A stretch of DNA of 64,000 nt from positions 32,798,001 to 32,862,000 of the forward strand of contig OZ024743.1 in the NCBI GenBank assembly GCA_964016885.1, in the 5' to 3' direction. The DNA is from Eledone cirrhosa (lineage: Eukaryota). Positions 26,401 through 38,300 of this stretch are shown one piece after another (the first letter of the stretch is position 1; every line of letters starts with the position of its first letter). The translations under genes were made by a program, and so were the position numbers. The notes beneath the pieces are model-generated. The model ran no database searches. It had not been told where the DNA came from and saw only the letters and a program-made list of their open reading frames with translations.

Positions 26401-26884
26401 GTGCTACCGAGGAGCCTTGCCAGTTCGGGATAAACTCTACAGGCATGGAGGTGCCGTCAGCCGGGCATGTCCGAGATGCGCGCAGGGCGACGAAACCGTC
26501 CTGCACGCACTCGTCCAGTGTCCGAAAATTGCTGACTTGTGGGTTTATGTCGAACACCTGCTGTCGCGTTTAGGACGGATCCGGCTATCATCTGAGTCCA
26601 TCGTGAGGATTGCCCCGCCCTCCTCCTTTAGCCGGGAAGGGCAGGCAGTTTTTATCTGCCTGGTGGCCATGGTGAAAGAGATAGTATGGTGGACACGTTT
26701 GAAAGGGCTGAAGACGAGCACTTACCTCTTCGGTGATGCTCTGATTGACTTTTTCAAATTTCATTTGAAAAGGAAAATCAGAGTAGAGAGGGAAGTGCTC
26801 TCTTCCCAGCATTTTGTTGAAAGATGGGTGAGAGAAGCAAGAATGGCCCGAGTGAATGGGCCTACTCTGAGTATATATCTGTAA
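23465..26884 (+). CDS. Tx1/L1 ORF2 protein: APE endonuclease, reverse transcriptase, C-terminal zinc finger (1139 aa)
   Basis: SINARGL, ISETR, VYAP, GDWN, YLDR and TDH (APE); SPGLDG, RPITLLN, LDQSKAFDRVDH, RQGCPLS and AYADD (RT); CPRC..ETVLHALVQC (zf-RVT type). No stops or frameshifts. Confidence 0.96.
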   Translation: MTSLRIGSINARGLGSSWKQGHLLNDLRSLNIDVVAISETRISEARAFAPIFGGYDVYASPSRPGSGGGVAVLFRRGLDLAIRAIFLDPEGKLVVLDVTSGDGQAFRLVAVYAPTGAGRPDFFRRLETFLGTSRSLVLVGDWNGILDARWDCVGLADRGGGCKSLTNLLRRFELSDRYRLDFPNVPMWTWTNRIGSSRSYLDRVFCREIDRSSIGCPQFKIVSYTDHKFVTCVLDLDRLHRRGPGYWKLNASLPARKAYRDRISELVKRALTGAIVNNKWWFALKRAIRIESIRFSKALAIEKNRAEGELVRKLDEALSKGIATDVLAAKLALDQFFNAKHEGCVVRARVRALRHEGTKAVQWARVAEARRGNKATIRSLVDHDGRMLLDPGQMCEAFQRHFAQLFGGSGGPGRGMDFSVYLDGLPRLSATEAKCCEKPITAAEVREAMTGCTRGKSPGLDGLPYELYVQMPDLFGGLLADVYCNWQQNGRIPSSVSRGAVALLRKDPNKGDNIDNFRPITLLNTEFKILAKVLAKRLALVVGGLVGEAQTCAIPDRSIHDNLHLMRYIVERVAREPGTGGSLINLDQSKAFDRVDHRYLAAVLRAAGFGPVFRGWIAAMHSDICSVVRVNGHLSEPFNIMRSVRQGCPLSSLLYVLTLEPLLHKLETLRGVPRELGCGRSVSAYADDVTVVVSNAKHIEAIGTTLREYEAVTGAMINQEKSVGLQLGTWRGRSMPSNSVVGRWTDGPVKLLGVWFGPDLQTDKNWDEVTSRVASLTQKWAERKLSLKGRAEVANAYIASVICYRLTVVPCPKPRLTALERLLFRFLWKGRAPMVRRSICCQHPLRGGLGMPWLMMRRHALRLRHLHIFLDGDQVWSPFARRVFPQLVSLTELQSWVKRRPRGSAWRLECLQALTALDQSGNVIGGNSTSAFYRGLVEGKSDDVLGETLGVDENQLANLFGRTFGPGPMDNFQKSLAWQCYRGALPVRDKLYRHGGAVSRACPRCAQGDETVLHALVQCPKIADLWVYVEHLLSRLGRIRLSSESIVRIAPPSSFSREGQAVFICLVAMVKEIVWWTRLKGLKTSTYLFGDALIDFFKFHLKRKIRVEREVLSSQHFVERWVREARMARVNGPTLSIYL

Positions 26885-27143
26885 ATTAAAGGTGGAAAAC
26901 TGGGAGAGGGCACTTGCCTTGGTGGTCAGGGTCATTGTGGCTTTTTACTGGGCTTTCACCACAAATGTCCCTCCGAAGTCTCCCCCCTATTGGGGAATTT
27001 TTCATTGTTATTTTCATTGTTATTTTTGTTACATCCTCTGTTTTTGTTTTTTACACGCAGAAATGCCCATTTGTACCGTCCTGCATTGTCCTGCACTGTC
27101 CTTAATGTCTACTTTATGTAAACCCTTGTGGTTAATAAAGAAA

Positions 27144-27145
<2 letters not shown>

Positions 27146-27196
<51 letters not shown>
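27146..27196. repeat. (ATT)17 microsatellite, the distal part of the split CR1 tail
   Basis: Perfect ATT run directly after the Tx1-like element. Confidence 0.9.
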
Positions 27197-27201
<5 letters not shown>

Positions 27202-28745
27202 GGCATTGATAGATGACAACTTCGAAAATAGAGGTTTTAATCTGCATGACTACTCAGAATTTGTATTAAAATATTTGGTGAAAGTAGTTTTATATGATCT
27301 GAGATGTGAAGTGTAAAGCAAAATTATGTTTATATTGCTTTTCACTAAATTTATAAGAATCAAATGAAAAACTTTTGTAAGGTGTTTCAAAATAGTTTTT
27401 AGGAAACTCAGACCAATTAACTAATTGAGTTAAATGGTTGCTTTATGTATTGTAATACAAAAGACCCATCCACCAGTACAGGCACTGTGACACTAGAAGT
27501 AAGCATTGTGAAAAAGCAGAGACTTAGCAATTGAACAGAGACAATATAGTCTGGTTGAGCATGGTGCTATGATAAAATACAGCAAATATACCTTGAAAAG
27601 TGTTAGTGCATGATAAAATCAACACAGTCTACTTTGTTAAGTGTTAGTGCTGGTGCCATGAAAAATACACCCTGTACACTCTGTAAGGTGGTTGGCATTA
27701 GGAAGTAACATATGATCACTGTGATGTGTCTAGTCTCAGACCATGGCAACTCTCCCAACCTATGATTGTGTCGAAAGTGGACGTAGTGTGATGATGATGA
27801 TGAGTGCATTTGTTATAAAATTAGAGATGGTTATGATACCTATTATTTATTCAATCCAATTCTCACATATTTCATGTATATGCCATTTTTTTACACTTTT
27901 CTTGCATTTTTCCGCTTCAAGATATATAGACCATATATCTCTCATAACATTTATCATATACCCAAAGTATGTTTACCCTTTTCAGGAACACGATGAAAAC
28001 ATTTGCTAATAATCTAATTCCGAAATCACTATTGTTCTACTGTGAATATTCTACCTTTTATCTGTCCTCCTCTTCACAGATTTTTCTTTATCTCTTAATT
28101 TGTGGGTCTTTCATTCTAACTCACCACTATGAAAATATTTCTTTCTTTTAAAAGGGTGAAAAGATAGAGGAAAGCCAGTGATTAGAATTTAATTAAATTT
28201 CTTTGTTTTTATATTCAAATTTTAATCAAAGTGTGAGAAAGTCCAGCAAAGTTGGAAAAGATTTAGACGTTTACCTACATTCTCTACAAAATAAATTCAT
28301 AGCTTTATGATAAATAAAACCATTTGCCAGAGATATTACTTATATTAAATATCTTGAACTTAAGTTCTGGAGGTTATCTCCATTTCTTTCAAACAAAGTA
28401 ACTAACCATTCTTTTCATGGTCAACATTTGACCTGCTCTATAGTTAACCATTAAGTTTCCATTCCAGATATCTCAAAATAAGTAAAGAAAACATTACTAT
28501 TTTAAGAGCAAAAAGTAAATTTAACTCTTCTGTTCTCACAATTATAAAATGTTATCAGCACGTCTCTCCAATGTTATTTGTAAATAAAAAGTTTTCTCCC
28601 ATGATTACATTTATTTTTAAACATACCATAAATACTATTTCATGCTTTAATAAATATCAGTATTGTAATTGAATATTATTTGTAGTTTTTAATACTTTGT
28701 CATAAAATTTAAAATATCTAAATGTGTTTTCTTTTTAAATTCTAG

Positions 28746-28772
28746 GTAAGTCTATTTTTGAATAGGATGCAG
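28746..28772 (+). other. Candidate 27-nt micro-exon or recursive splice site of an unidentified host gene
   Basis: Pyrimidine tract and TTCTAG|GTAAGT...GCAG|GTAAGT; open in phase 0 (VSLFLNRMQ). Confidence 0.4.
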
Positions 28773-31639
28773 GTAAGTGCATAATATTGTATCTATTAAC
28801 GTTTTCATTACTGAATAGAATGTATTTCCAATAAAACAAGCTCTATTTCAATTAATTAAAAATGAATTTTGAGGTAGCTACTGAAATTATTAATTATTGC
28901 ATTACCAAGATCGTAACTTAACATATGGTTCTTCAAAAATTTATTTTGAATGATTTTAATTTATATAGAAACCTTTGATATGGGTAGGTTTGTTTTATAT
29001 AACCAGAGCTAGTTTTTGCTGGGTTGGTATCAAAAGGATAAAACTGAAGTAATAATATATGTTTATTAAATAAGCCAAAATAATTTTTGGCTTATTTGTT
29101 ATAGAGAAATGCAGCCTTTTTTCACTCAAGGTTTCTGTAACAATATAATGTTTAAATTGTTCTTCTGGGCAGCCTAATAATTTGCTTAAATTGTTTAGGG
29201 AATTAATATTTTAGTTTACTGACATACATGATTCAAGCATGTCTCACAAATTAATTTTTATATCTGACTTTAATGTAATGTTACTGATTACACTGAGTTG
29301 AAATATATTCGTGCCTGAGGTTTTTCACTTGTTAAATTATGTTAAAATGTGCTGTTGCTTATACGGAATATATTACTTAATTCTAAAATTGTAATCCTGT
29401 CATTATCATATTTCTATTTAAAGGCCTATGATTTTCAAATCATTTTTAAAATATTCAAATATTTCTTATAATTAAGCTTATTCTTTAACATTTTATAATA
29501 TAACTTTAGAAATGTTGATAGAAGGCCTTTTTGATAAATAGGAACCTTTCATAATAAATAGGTTTTGTATCAGCCTTGCCATCACATGAGGTACTGCTTC
29601 TAGCATGCTGGCTTGTCTAAAAAATTATTAGAAAGATTTTCCAGTGCTCCTTACGATATCATTATCTTTTATTTGGCAGTGGTTGTCTGCCCCTTTTGCT
29701 TGCTTTTTATTGTATGTGGTCTTAGATGTGTGTTTGGATGTTTTTTTTCTTTCTATTTTTTTCTATTTCCTTTCCTTGTTCTTTTTATTTATTTGTAATA
29801 TTATTTGATACAATTATGAATAAAACATACTACCGTAATAAACTAAAAATTCAAAAAACCAAGATAGTTTCTGGTGATTTAGTAATTAAGAGGGTTAAGA
29901 TAAAAGTATTCATGTATTGTTTGCTTTTATTGATACTTTTATAAGATTACATTGGATGAAAATGTGAAGATAAGTTATCTGTATTTTTATTACAAATAAC
30001 TTTTGATGTTTGTGTATTTTATCTTATTTATCATTTTTTATTGCACTTTATAGTACATTTCTCATTTTTTCAGTCCAAAATTATATTTTCATTTTCTGTG
30101 AAAGCAGAGCATTATGCTGGATGTTATGAAAATAGGCTAAGATTAGTGAGTGCAGTTGAAGTTGAGTTTTATGATTATTAAAGTATTTAAAATATAAATA
30201 TGTAAATATTTCCAACAGAATTTTATTTTGAAATGTGATTATAGGGTTAGAGTAATAAGGGAGTTAAATGACACTGTGAATTGAGAAGGTTCAATGAGAT
30301 GGTATAATAAGCAAGTTTAGAGAGAAAGTATAAACTACACCGGACAGAGCTGTGGTTTCAGAATGTGGATGATTGTAGGCTATTTCATCAGATAACTGGT
30401 TTTTTCTTTACTGAAAAAACATAAAGTGTAACAGGTGCCATATCCTGTATGCTTATGCTATATTCCTATGCAGGACATATAAACTCTGTAAAACTGTAGG
30501 CACCTTTTTACAACTGAAATATTATCTCGTCTTTTAGGGGTAACCCAACCTAAAAGTGATTATCAGATATTAGCAGTTTTATGGGCTATTTTCTTTTATT
30601 TTTGCTCTTCTATTAAGGAGAAAAAAAGAATGGATTGGGGGTTGTTTCCCTGAGATGTGTGTCAGTGTTTTGGTGCTTTTGGACATACCCAATTTTCAAA
30701 GCCTATTGAAATATATCTGGATGATTTCCATTCATTGTTGTTAACAATTGAATAAACCATAAGTTTATGTAAATTAAATATATTAACAGGGTTAATATAT
30801 GAAGGAATCATTTAAGCAAACACCCTCTTATCCTCATATTTCAGTTCTCCACTGAAATCATCAATTTTTCAACCAAGTGGAAATATGGAATCTATGAATG
30901 GTGTATCGAGAGGGGAGTAGTGTGCATTACAGCATAAGGACATGGATGTTTCAGGAAAAGAAAGCTAGTTGGTAGATTCACATTGATAAAAGATGGTTCC
31001 AAGCAAGTAGTCAACTTGATTAAAATCATATAGAAGACACACATATATCAAATATATTAGCAAATGTACATAATTGTGTGCATATTCAATAGAAATGGAT
31101 AACAAGGATTATGGGGAGAAGTACTATAATTTAATAGCTGAGGATATGCAATGTACACATAAGCTAAAAGAAAATTTGGGACAAATTATATCAAACCTTA
31201 GATGGTTGAGCCTTACATATTGGAAAATTAGTTATGATTTATGGAAATAAGTTGTATTGTAGCTTGATCAATCTGTATTAAGATCAAATGATGGCTGTGA
31301 AATCGATGAGAATGACACATAGTTATTTGAATATGTATACATTTCAAGTTTTAACTTGAAAACTCAAATGATAATCTAAAGGTTTATTTTAGTGTTATAC
31401 ATTTAAGAAAACTATGAATTGGCTACCCTGATATATGAGGTATTTCTGGTGAGTGTCAACTAGCTTTAAATTCCATAGTGAAATAAGATTCCTTATTTTA
31501 ATTCATAGAACTGATCTGATTGTTTGAGACATTAACGTTTTCTGTGTTTCATGAAGAATGTACTAGGTGAAACAATTATGGATTTAGTAACTGGAGAATA
31601 AACATCAGCACTATGATATATGATAAGTAATATATATCT

Positions 31640-31883
31640 TTAACTCTTTTGTTACAAACATTGCCTATAATTTCCAAATCATTTTGACAATAATAAAATC
31701 TTTGGAAGGATTTAGAAATCTATCTAATTTTCTCATTATTAAACTGGTGTTTGGGACATAACAAAGCTTGTTATATAAAATCCTGATGGAAAGCCTTTAG
31801 ATAAATATAAACATTTTAAAATCAACAGCTTAGTATCATAGAACTAGAATCAGTTTCATGTGGCTTGATATCAAAAGTGTTAA
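31640..31883. mobile_element. Old piggyBac-like MITE (second family; partial copies near 13373-13586, 28860-29040 and 36750-37155)
   Basis: TTAACTCTTTTGTTAC ... GATATCAAAAGTGTTAA degenerate TIRs with TTAA ends; internal sequence is shared with the other copies. Confidence 0.5.
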
Positions 31884-33996
31884 ACTAAGTAACTAAGATT
31901 CATAATATAAATTAAGAAGTAATGATTACTTGGTGATATTCCTTTAGTTCTCCTAGACCTGTATGCTTAATAGAATATTTTATCTATTTCAAAAATCATT
32001 TTGAGAATTTTGAATCAAATAACAAAACAAAATTCTTTTCACATCTGTAGCAAATCTTCACACACTTTTAAACTTGTTTCTTGTGTATTCTTTACTTTGT
32101 TGTTCAATAATACCAAGAAATGCCTGACAGAACAAGACTTACATATATTTAATCATCAACATTTATTAACATTTTATAATGCAGTTTTGAACATACATGC
32201 AAAAATTGTTTTGCGGCAAAATGGCAGTTTTCAATTTACATAATAATTGCTGGGTGTTTTCATTTTATATTTTCACTTTTTTACATATTTTCAGTTTCAA
32301 TTTTTTTTTTTTTTGTCTCTTGAATTAAAATTTATTCATGATAATATTTCTTATTTTTGACTCCGCTCATGTATTTTTAATTGTTGTAAATGATGTTTAA
32401 TTAAAAAAGAAAAAGTATAAAAAGTTAAGAAAACAATAATAATTTCCTTTAACAGGTGAATGTGCATTATAATCAGGATTTATTGAAAATGTATGTAGTT
32501 TCATATCTTCCAATTAAAAATTATATTACAAGTCATCAACCTTTATCAATTCTTTAACCCTTTTCCATAGCCAAAGTGCTGAGTTCTTAGCTAATAGGAG
32601 CCTGTTGTAAACAATTGACGGATGAATGGTGCATGATGTTTCATTTAAATAAATATTAATGCGAAATTAAGAAAAATACATAGGAGTTTCAAGTAAAAGT
32701 TTTTAAAATATATCTATAGTTTTAGAGACCCATATAGATTGACATATTTATTACAATAAGATGGAACCAAGTTTTGTGCACATTTGGAATGGGGATGGGG
32801 AGTTCATAATAATAGAAGGGAGTTTACTAACAATAGAGGAACCTTAAGTGAAAAGAGAGCTAATTAATCCATAATTCATTGGGTCATAGAGGTAGCATTG
32901 GATACTTTGACCCCACATTTTAAACCACCACTCTAATGCCTAAATAGAGCAAGGTGAACTGTGTAACTGAAAGATAAGCGTCATGTTCATGTGCACATTG
33001 CTGTGCTGGTCATAAACAATTTTCACACCCTTTCGGCGGGTAGTTTATCATCTGACTGACTTAGCTGCTTTCACTCTTCAAATAAATATATTTTTTCCTC
33101 ATAGTGGATGAAAAATCAGATTCACTAATGTGATTGCTGCTCTCCATTGTAGAATATTTGAAAAATTTAGAAAGTCAGTTGCTACTATGAAAACGTATTT
33201 TAACTCTTGTCATCTGATGGACATTTTTTTCTTATATAAGTTTGGTTATATTTTTACAATTGCCAATGCTCAATCAATAATACTTATATCTGAATGTATT
33301 TTAACATAAAATGGATTGAAAAAGATTAGTTTTAATACCAATGGAAAATATTTGGAAGCTATCATAATGAAAGTAACTTCTTATTTTTGTGGAGCTGGTC
33401 CATTAGCTATTTATTTAATATCCAAACAATATACACAATTTCCTTCCATGATAGCAAAATAAATAGTTGTGATTTTCAAATATGTAACCATACATCTGAA
33501 TTATAAAATTATTATTTACTACCAAATATTTCAAAAATGAATTTTTCAGTTTTTAAGTTTATATTTTGACACTAATATTTTAAGAATGATTTAATTTTAT
33601 ATACTAGTTTTTTACGTCTCAATGTGCACTAGAATAAATGGTATCAACCTTAAAAATACCGAAACTATAATGATTTCCAAAGGTTGACTGAGGCGATGGG
33701 ACTGTCTGTTTTTCTGTTGTTTTTCCCATTGTTTGTGTTCTATGCTTTCCTGCCTATTGTGAATTCATATTCTAAAAACTTAACCATGCAGACATTTTTT
33801 GAAACTATTATATATTACATGTCACATTGCCCTCTATTTTCCATTTTTACTTTTTCTACACCTCTGTGTCATTCTTCTTTGTCTGCACATTGGACTGCAG
33901 TCCATATAAGTTTTTCTGTTTTTCTATTTCTCAACTTTCTATTGTTTTACCATTGGTTTTTCTATTTCCTTTGTCCTGTGTGCTCCATATTTTGAG

Positions 33997-34053
<57 letters not shown>

Positions 34054-34327
34054 ACTGGCGAGGAGTCATCTAACCAATGCAAGCATGGCAAAACAGTGAC
34101 GATAATGATGATATCATCAGCATTTATCATCTATTTTCCATGATTCTATAGGTTAGATGGGCAAACACATTCTAAGTCAAGGCAGGTTAAGTGACTATAT
34201 CTTATACTTTCCATTCTTGCATGGCTGGATGCTCTTTTTTGGCTGGATGCTCTTCCTAACACCAATTCCAACCCATAACATAATGGAAATTGATGTTAAA
34301 TGATGATGATTAAATGATGTTAAATGA

Positions 34328-34380
<53 letters not shown>

Positions 34381-35051
34381 ATTTTATGTATACATTTGGA
34401 TAAATGCTTACTTGAATTTTAAGTTCGATTATATAAGGGATTTTCAATGATGGAGATGGAATCAGAAACAGTGTCATCTATCACAATTAGGAAACTCTTC
34501 CTTTCAATCATTCACTCTGTATACAAAGCAAAGGTCATTTGATCTATGTATATTAAGTATGATGTTGTATAATAATTATAAATGGGTAATGAAGGCAACA
34601 GTTCACTAGGGACTTGTGAAGAATAAATTAAACATGGTCTACTAGATGTATAATTTGAATACAAAGGACAGCTGATATGCTAAGGGATCAGCATTAGTAT
34701 TAAATGTGTCATGCATACAGAGAATATGAAGGATGCCATAAGAGGAAAGAGAGAGAACAAATAGAAGGAATATAAGGAAGATATTGAGTTATATATGTTG
34801 ATGCAATCTGAAAGAGCAAGAGCTCAAAGAAGAATCAATGAAGAACAGATTAACTGGACTCCACTGCTTGATATGATATGATATATATATACATAAGCTA
34901 TATTGTGCGAATATATATATAATGTACTGAAACTATAGTGATTTCCAGAGGTGGACTAAGGAGATGGGACTCTGTTTTTCTATTCTCTTTATCCTGTGCA
35001 CCCACCTCTTTTGAATTAATATTCTAAACTTAGCCATACTGGCTTTTTTAA

Positions 35052-35092
<41 letters not shown>

Positions 35093-35208
35093 TAAGAGGA
35101 ATTCCAACTTTGTCTGATTTACTCGTTTTATTTACAATCCTTTAAAATATATATAATATGGTATTATAATGAAATAGTATGATAGAATATTAAATTCTAA
35201 GTGTTAAT

Positions 35209-35247
35209 TGAACAAGTACTTTCATGCTTTCGCAATCTTCAGGTTCA
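35209..35247 (-). ncRNA. Minimal type I hammerhead ribozyme (mirror copy)
   Basis: Exact reverse complement of 35304-35342 in the left palindrome arm. Confidence 0.78.
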
Positions 35248-35303
35248 TGATATGTGGTGACAGTCGAGTTTGCAATTTTCAACTCGACTGTCACCACATA
35301 TCA

Positions 35304-35342
35304 TGAACCTGAAGATTGCGAAAGCATGAAAGTACTTGTTCA
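35304..35342 (+). ncRNA. Minimal type I hammerhead ribozyme
   Basis: TGAAC-CTGAAGA-T-TGC GAAA GCA-T-GAAA-GTAC-TT-GTTCA: 5-bp stem I, GAAA-capped stem II, palindromic AAGTACTT stem III region. Confidence 0.8.
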
Positions 35343-38300
35343 ATTAACACTTAGAATTTAATATTCTATCATACTATTTCATTATAATACCATATTATAT
35401 ATATTTTAAAGGATTGTAAATAAAACGAGTAAATCAGACAAAGTTGGAATTCTTCTTATTAATATAATCTTCTATACACAATCATACACACCCGTGTATA
35501 TTTACCTATCTATATCTATATATATATATATATATATATACACATACAGACCACAAGACAAAAAAGATTAATTCTATATCCACACCTAAACTGACCTTTG
35601 ACACAATTTAACCCCACTTGAATACCCACCAAACACACATTAAAAATGCCATCTGGTCCATTTGTTTGAATGGTAAGAAGATTTTCTATTTTTCACCAAG
35701 TGAATTCAATTGAATTCTTGACCTGTTGAACACCACCTCCACCACTACACCTTCATAAAGAACATATATGTAAGAAGAAATTTGACAGAAAACTCACATA
35801 TATTCTAACTGCTCACAGAATACATGAAAAACATTTTATTTCAATATTTAATACATACATATAATGGGTGATGAGGGTAATTCTTCTGATTTCTCTTCTG
35901 TGTGGTGTATTGTACATTTTCTTTTAACAGTAGATAACCATAAATTTAAATTTTCCCATAATACTACGAAAAACAAGAAAGAGAAATCTGGACAAATTTC
36001 TCAACACCTTTCCTTGCCCCTCCCCTCTAACTACAGACATCACCCTACATCTTCTCTTCTTCCTTCACTGCTGAGATGCAGAGCTGTTATACTAGTTGCG
36101 AATTATAGTTTGCCATACGTAACTCATCACACAAAGTCCATAAAGATGTTGAACTTGACGTCGATGAAGGAAATTTGCTTGCTTCAGATACCAATCCTCT
36201 TGATTTAATGAATGTTTATCTTAAACATTTACCACACTGCTTCATCAGTTCTAACATATTCTTAAATCCACTAGATTCTATCCATATCTATTCTGTCCAC
36301 CATCTCTACTCCATTGAAGGGCAAGAGACTGAAATGTTAATCTTTCTTTTCCTCACATCAACATTTTCTGGAATATTCTATGGATTAATTATTGCTAACA
36401 TAGATCCTTACTTGTTTCCTTGGATTGCAAACTTTTCTCACGTGCTGAATTCTTTCATTTGCATTTAATTTCTGTGTTAAGTAAGTTAATTAGAAGTGTA
36501 ATTTTTTTTATATATTTTTTAACAATAATTAAAAACAAGAATTTTTTTTTTGTTACTAATATATTTTTTTAAATGCACAAAAGTGAAAACATCTCACCAG
36601 TCTAAAATCTATGGAATTTCATTTTTGCAAAATATTTTTGTAGGCATTTCTTTCTAAAGAAAAAAATAAATTTAATATACAAAAGTTAGTAGTTCATTTA
36701 CTTTGTGTTTATTGATCAGATAATGCCTACAGCTTTAATAATTAATTTTAAAACCTATTTTTTACCATATTTCTAATGAAAGATACTGCCTCTGATTTTC
36801 AAATAATTTTTAGAATAATCAAGAATTTAGAAAGGTTTAATAATTGTTTCTACTTTAGGCACAAGGCCAGCAATTATCCAGTGCATTACTGGTACTTTAT
36901 TTTAATAATATCACTTAATCTTTATCAAGCTGCTGTTTGGAATATGACATACCAAAGGTTCTTACTTAAAATTGTGATTAAAAGTTTTAAGGATATAGAG
37001 CTGTTTGTTTTAAACATCATCATCATTATTAACCTCATCATCATCATAATCACCATTTAGCATTAAATGATGATGATGAGGATAAACACTTTAGAACATA
37101 TGGTTTTGTATTATAAGAACAGAAGTTTCAGGCAGTTTGGTACCAAAAGGGCTAAAAATTATAGATATTCCTTAATAAACTAGGTTTGAGGATGTGATGT
37201 GGTTACAAAGTATATAATAGATAAAGCAATAAAATAGGGAAATGATTCAGTTTGAAATTAAATGTAAAAGATAAGCTAATTAGAAAAGAATCATGGGAAT
37301 ATGTTCAGTAGCTAAGTGATAGATACTCTTGCATGTTTCTTTTGAAATGCCATGGGAAATTGTAAAACTATTGAAGGGTAAAAGCAAAATTTATAATTTT
37401 ATTCTTTTTAAAACAGTATTTCTCAAATTTTTAATGAAAATTTGTTTCATAAAATCCTTGAATACAGAAGGTTCATGAGTAGTCAACTAATTGCATGTAC
37501 ATAATTAGCATGAATATTATTGAATTTCATATGCATATCAATTATGAATAGGAAAGCTTAGACATCCAAAGTGTACATGGTTTCTAACACAGATTTTAGA
37601 ATTTCAGATGCAAGGATTCAGCTATCAGGATTAGATTTAGTTATAAGCTTAGTTTATCAAATTATAAATCAGAATGTTATATCTATAATGTTAAATTTGA
37701 TTAACTCTATCGACAATTTTACAAAAGTAATTCTCTTGAAAGTGAGCAGAGAAGTACCAGAGATTAAAATTATAGCTGAAATGAAGATGATTGTAAAATT
37801 TATTGTCCAGTTATTGAAATTAGTTGTGAAGTAGCACATCAAGTAGACTGAGGGATTATTTGGGCTTCTGGTAGTGTATTAACATGCTTCATGCCTTTCT
37901 ATCATAGACAAACATTGGTGATTTCAGCAATAAAATATGATTTAAATCATTTATCTTAAACAAGGCCCTTTTTCATAAAGCAAATTATTTACATACTGGT
38001 TGGGATACTTGTTTTCCTGTTAAGTGTATCGAAAGAAGTAAAATGTATCTTGACCAAAATTAAATGGGCTTGTGTTTAGCATTTTAAATATTATGCATTA
38101 CCATATATTTACATTCAATAGATTATCCAAATGTCAATGTTTACTAAAACTAATAATCAACTCAAATAAAATAAACATTTTCTCTTGTGTCCATAAGTGG
38201 TTCTAATCAATGAATAAGATTTACAATGTCTACTTATTTACTATAAGATCTATTTAACTTTAACACCATTTAAACAGATTTGTTTGATGGATTGTTATTT

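Larger units (their letters stand above)
21129..27143 (+). mobile_element. Full-length L1-clade (Tx1-like) non-LTR retrotransposon
   Basis: About 210-bp 5' UTR, two intact non-overlapping ORFs, 35-bp spacer, 3' UTR with AATAAA at 27134-27139; TC(ATT)n on both sides. Confidence 0.93.
35085..35510. mobile_element. Palindromic Penelope-like pLTR or retrozyme-like cassette in (TA)n
   Basis: 186-bp inverted arms (35085-35270 and 35281-35466, one mismatch seen), 10-nt spacer, a hammerhead in each arm, (TA)n on both flanks. Confidence 0.75.

Noticed and set aside
21447-26935. Many overlapping antisense and alternate-frame ORFs within the Tx1-like element
   Set aside because: Shadows of GC-rich or low-complexity coding sequence with no recognisable motifs.
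29068-29097. Perfect 13-bp hairpin (and a 12-bp hairpin at 53622-53649)
   Set aside because: Short and either AT-rich or inside a repeat element; nothing else supports a function.
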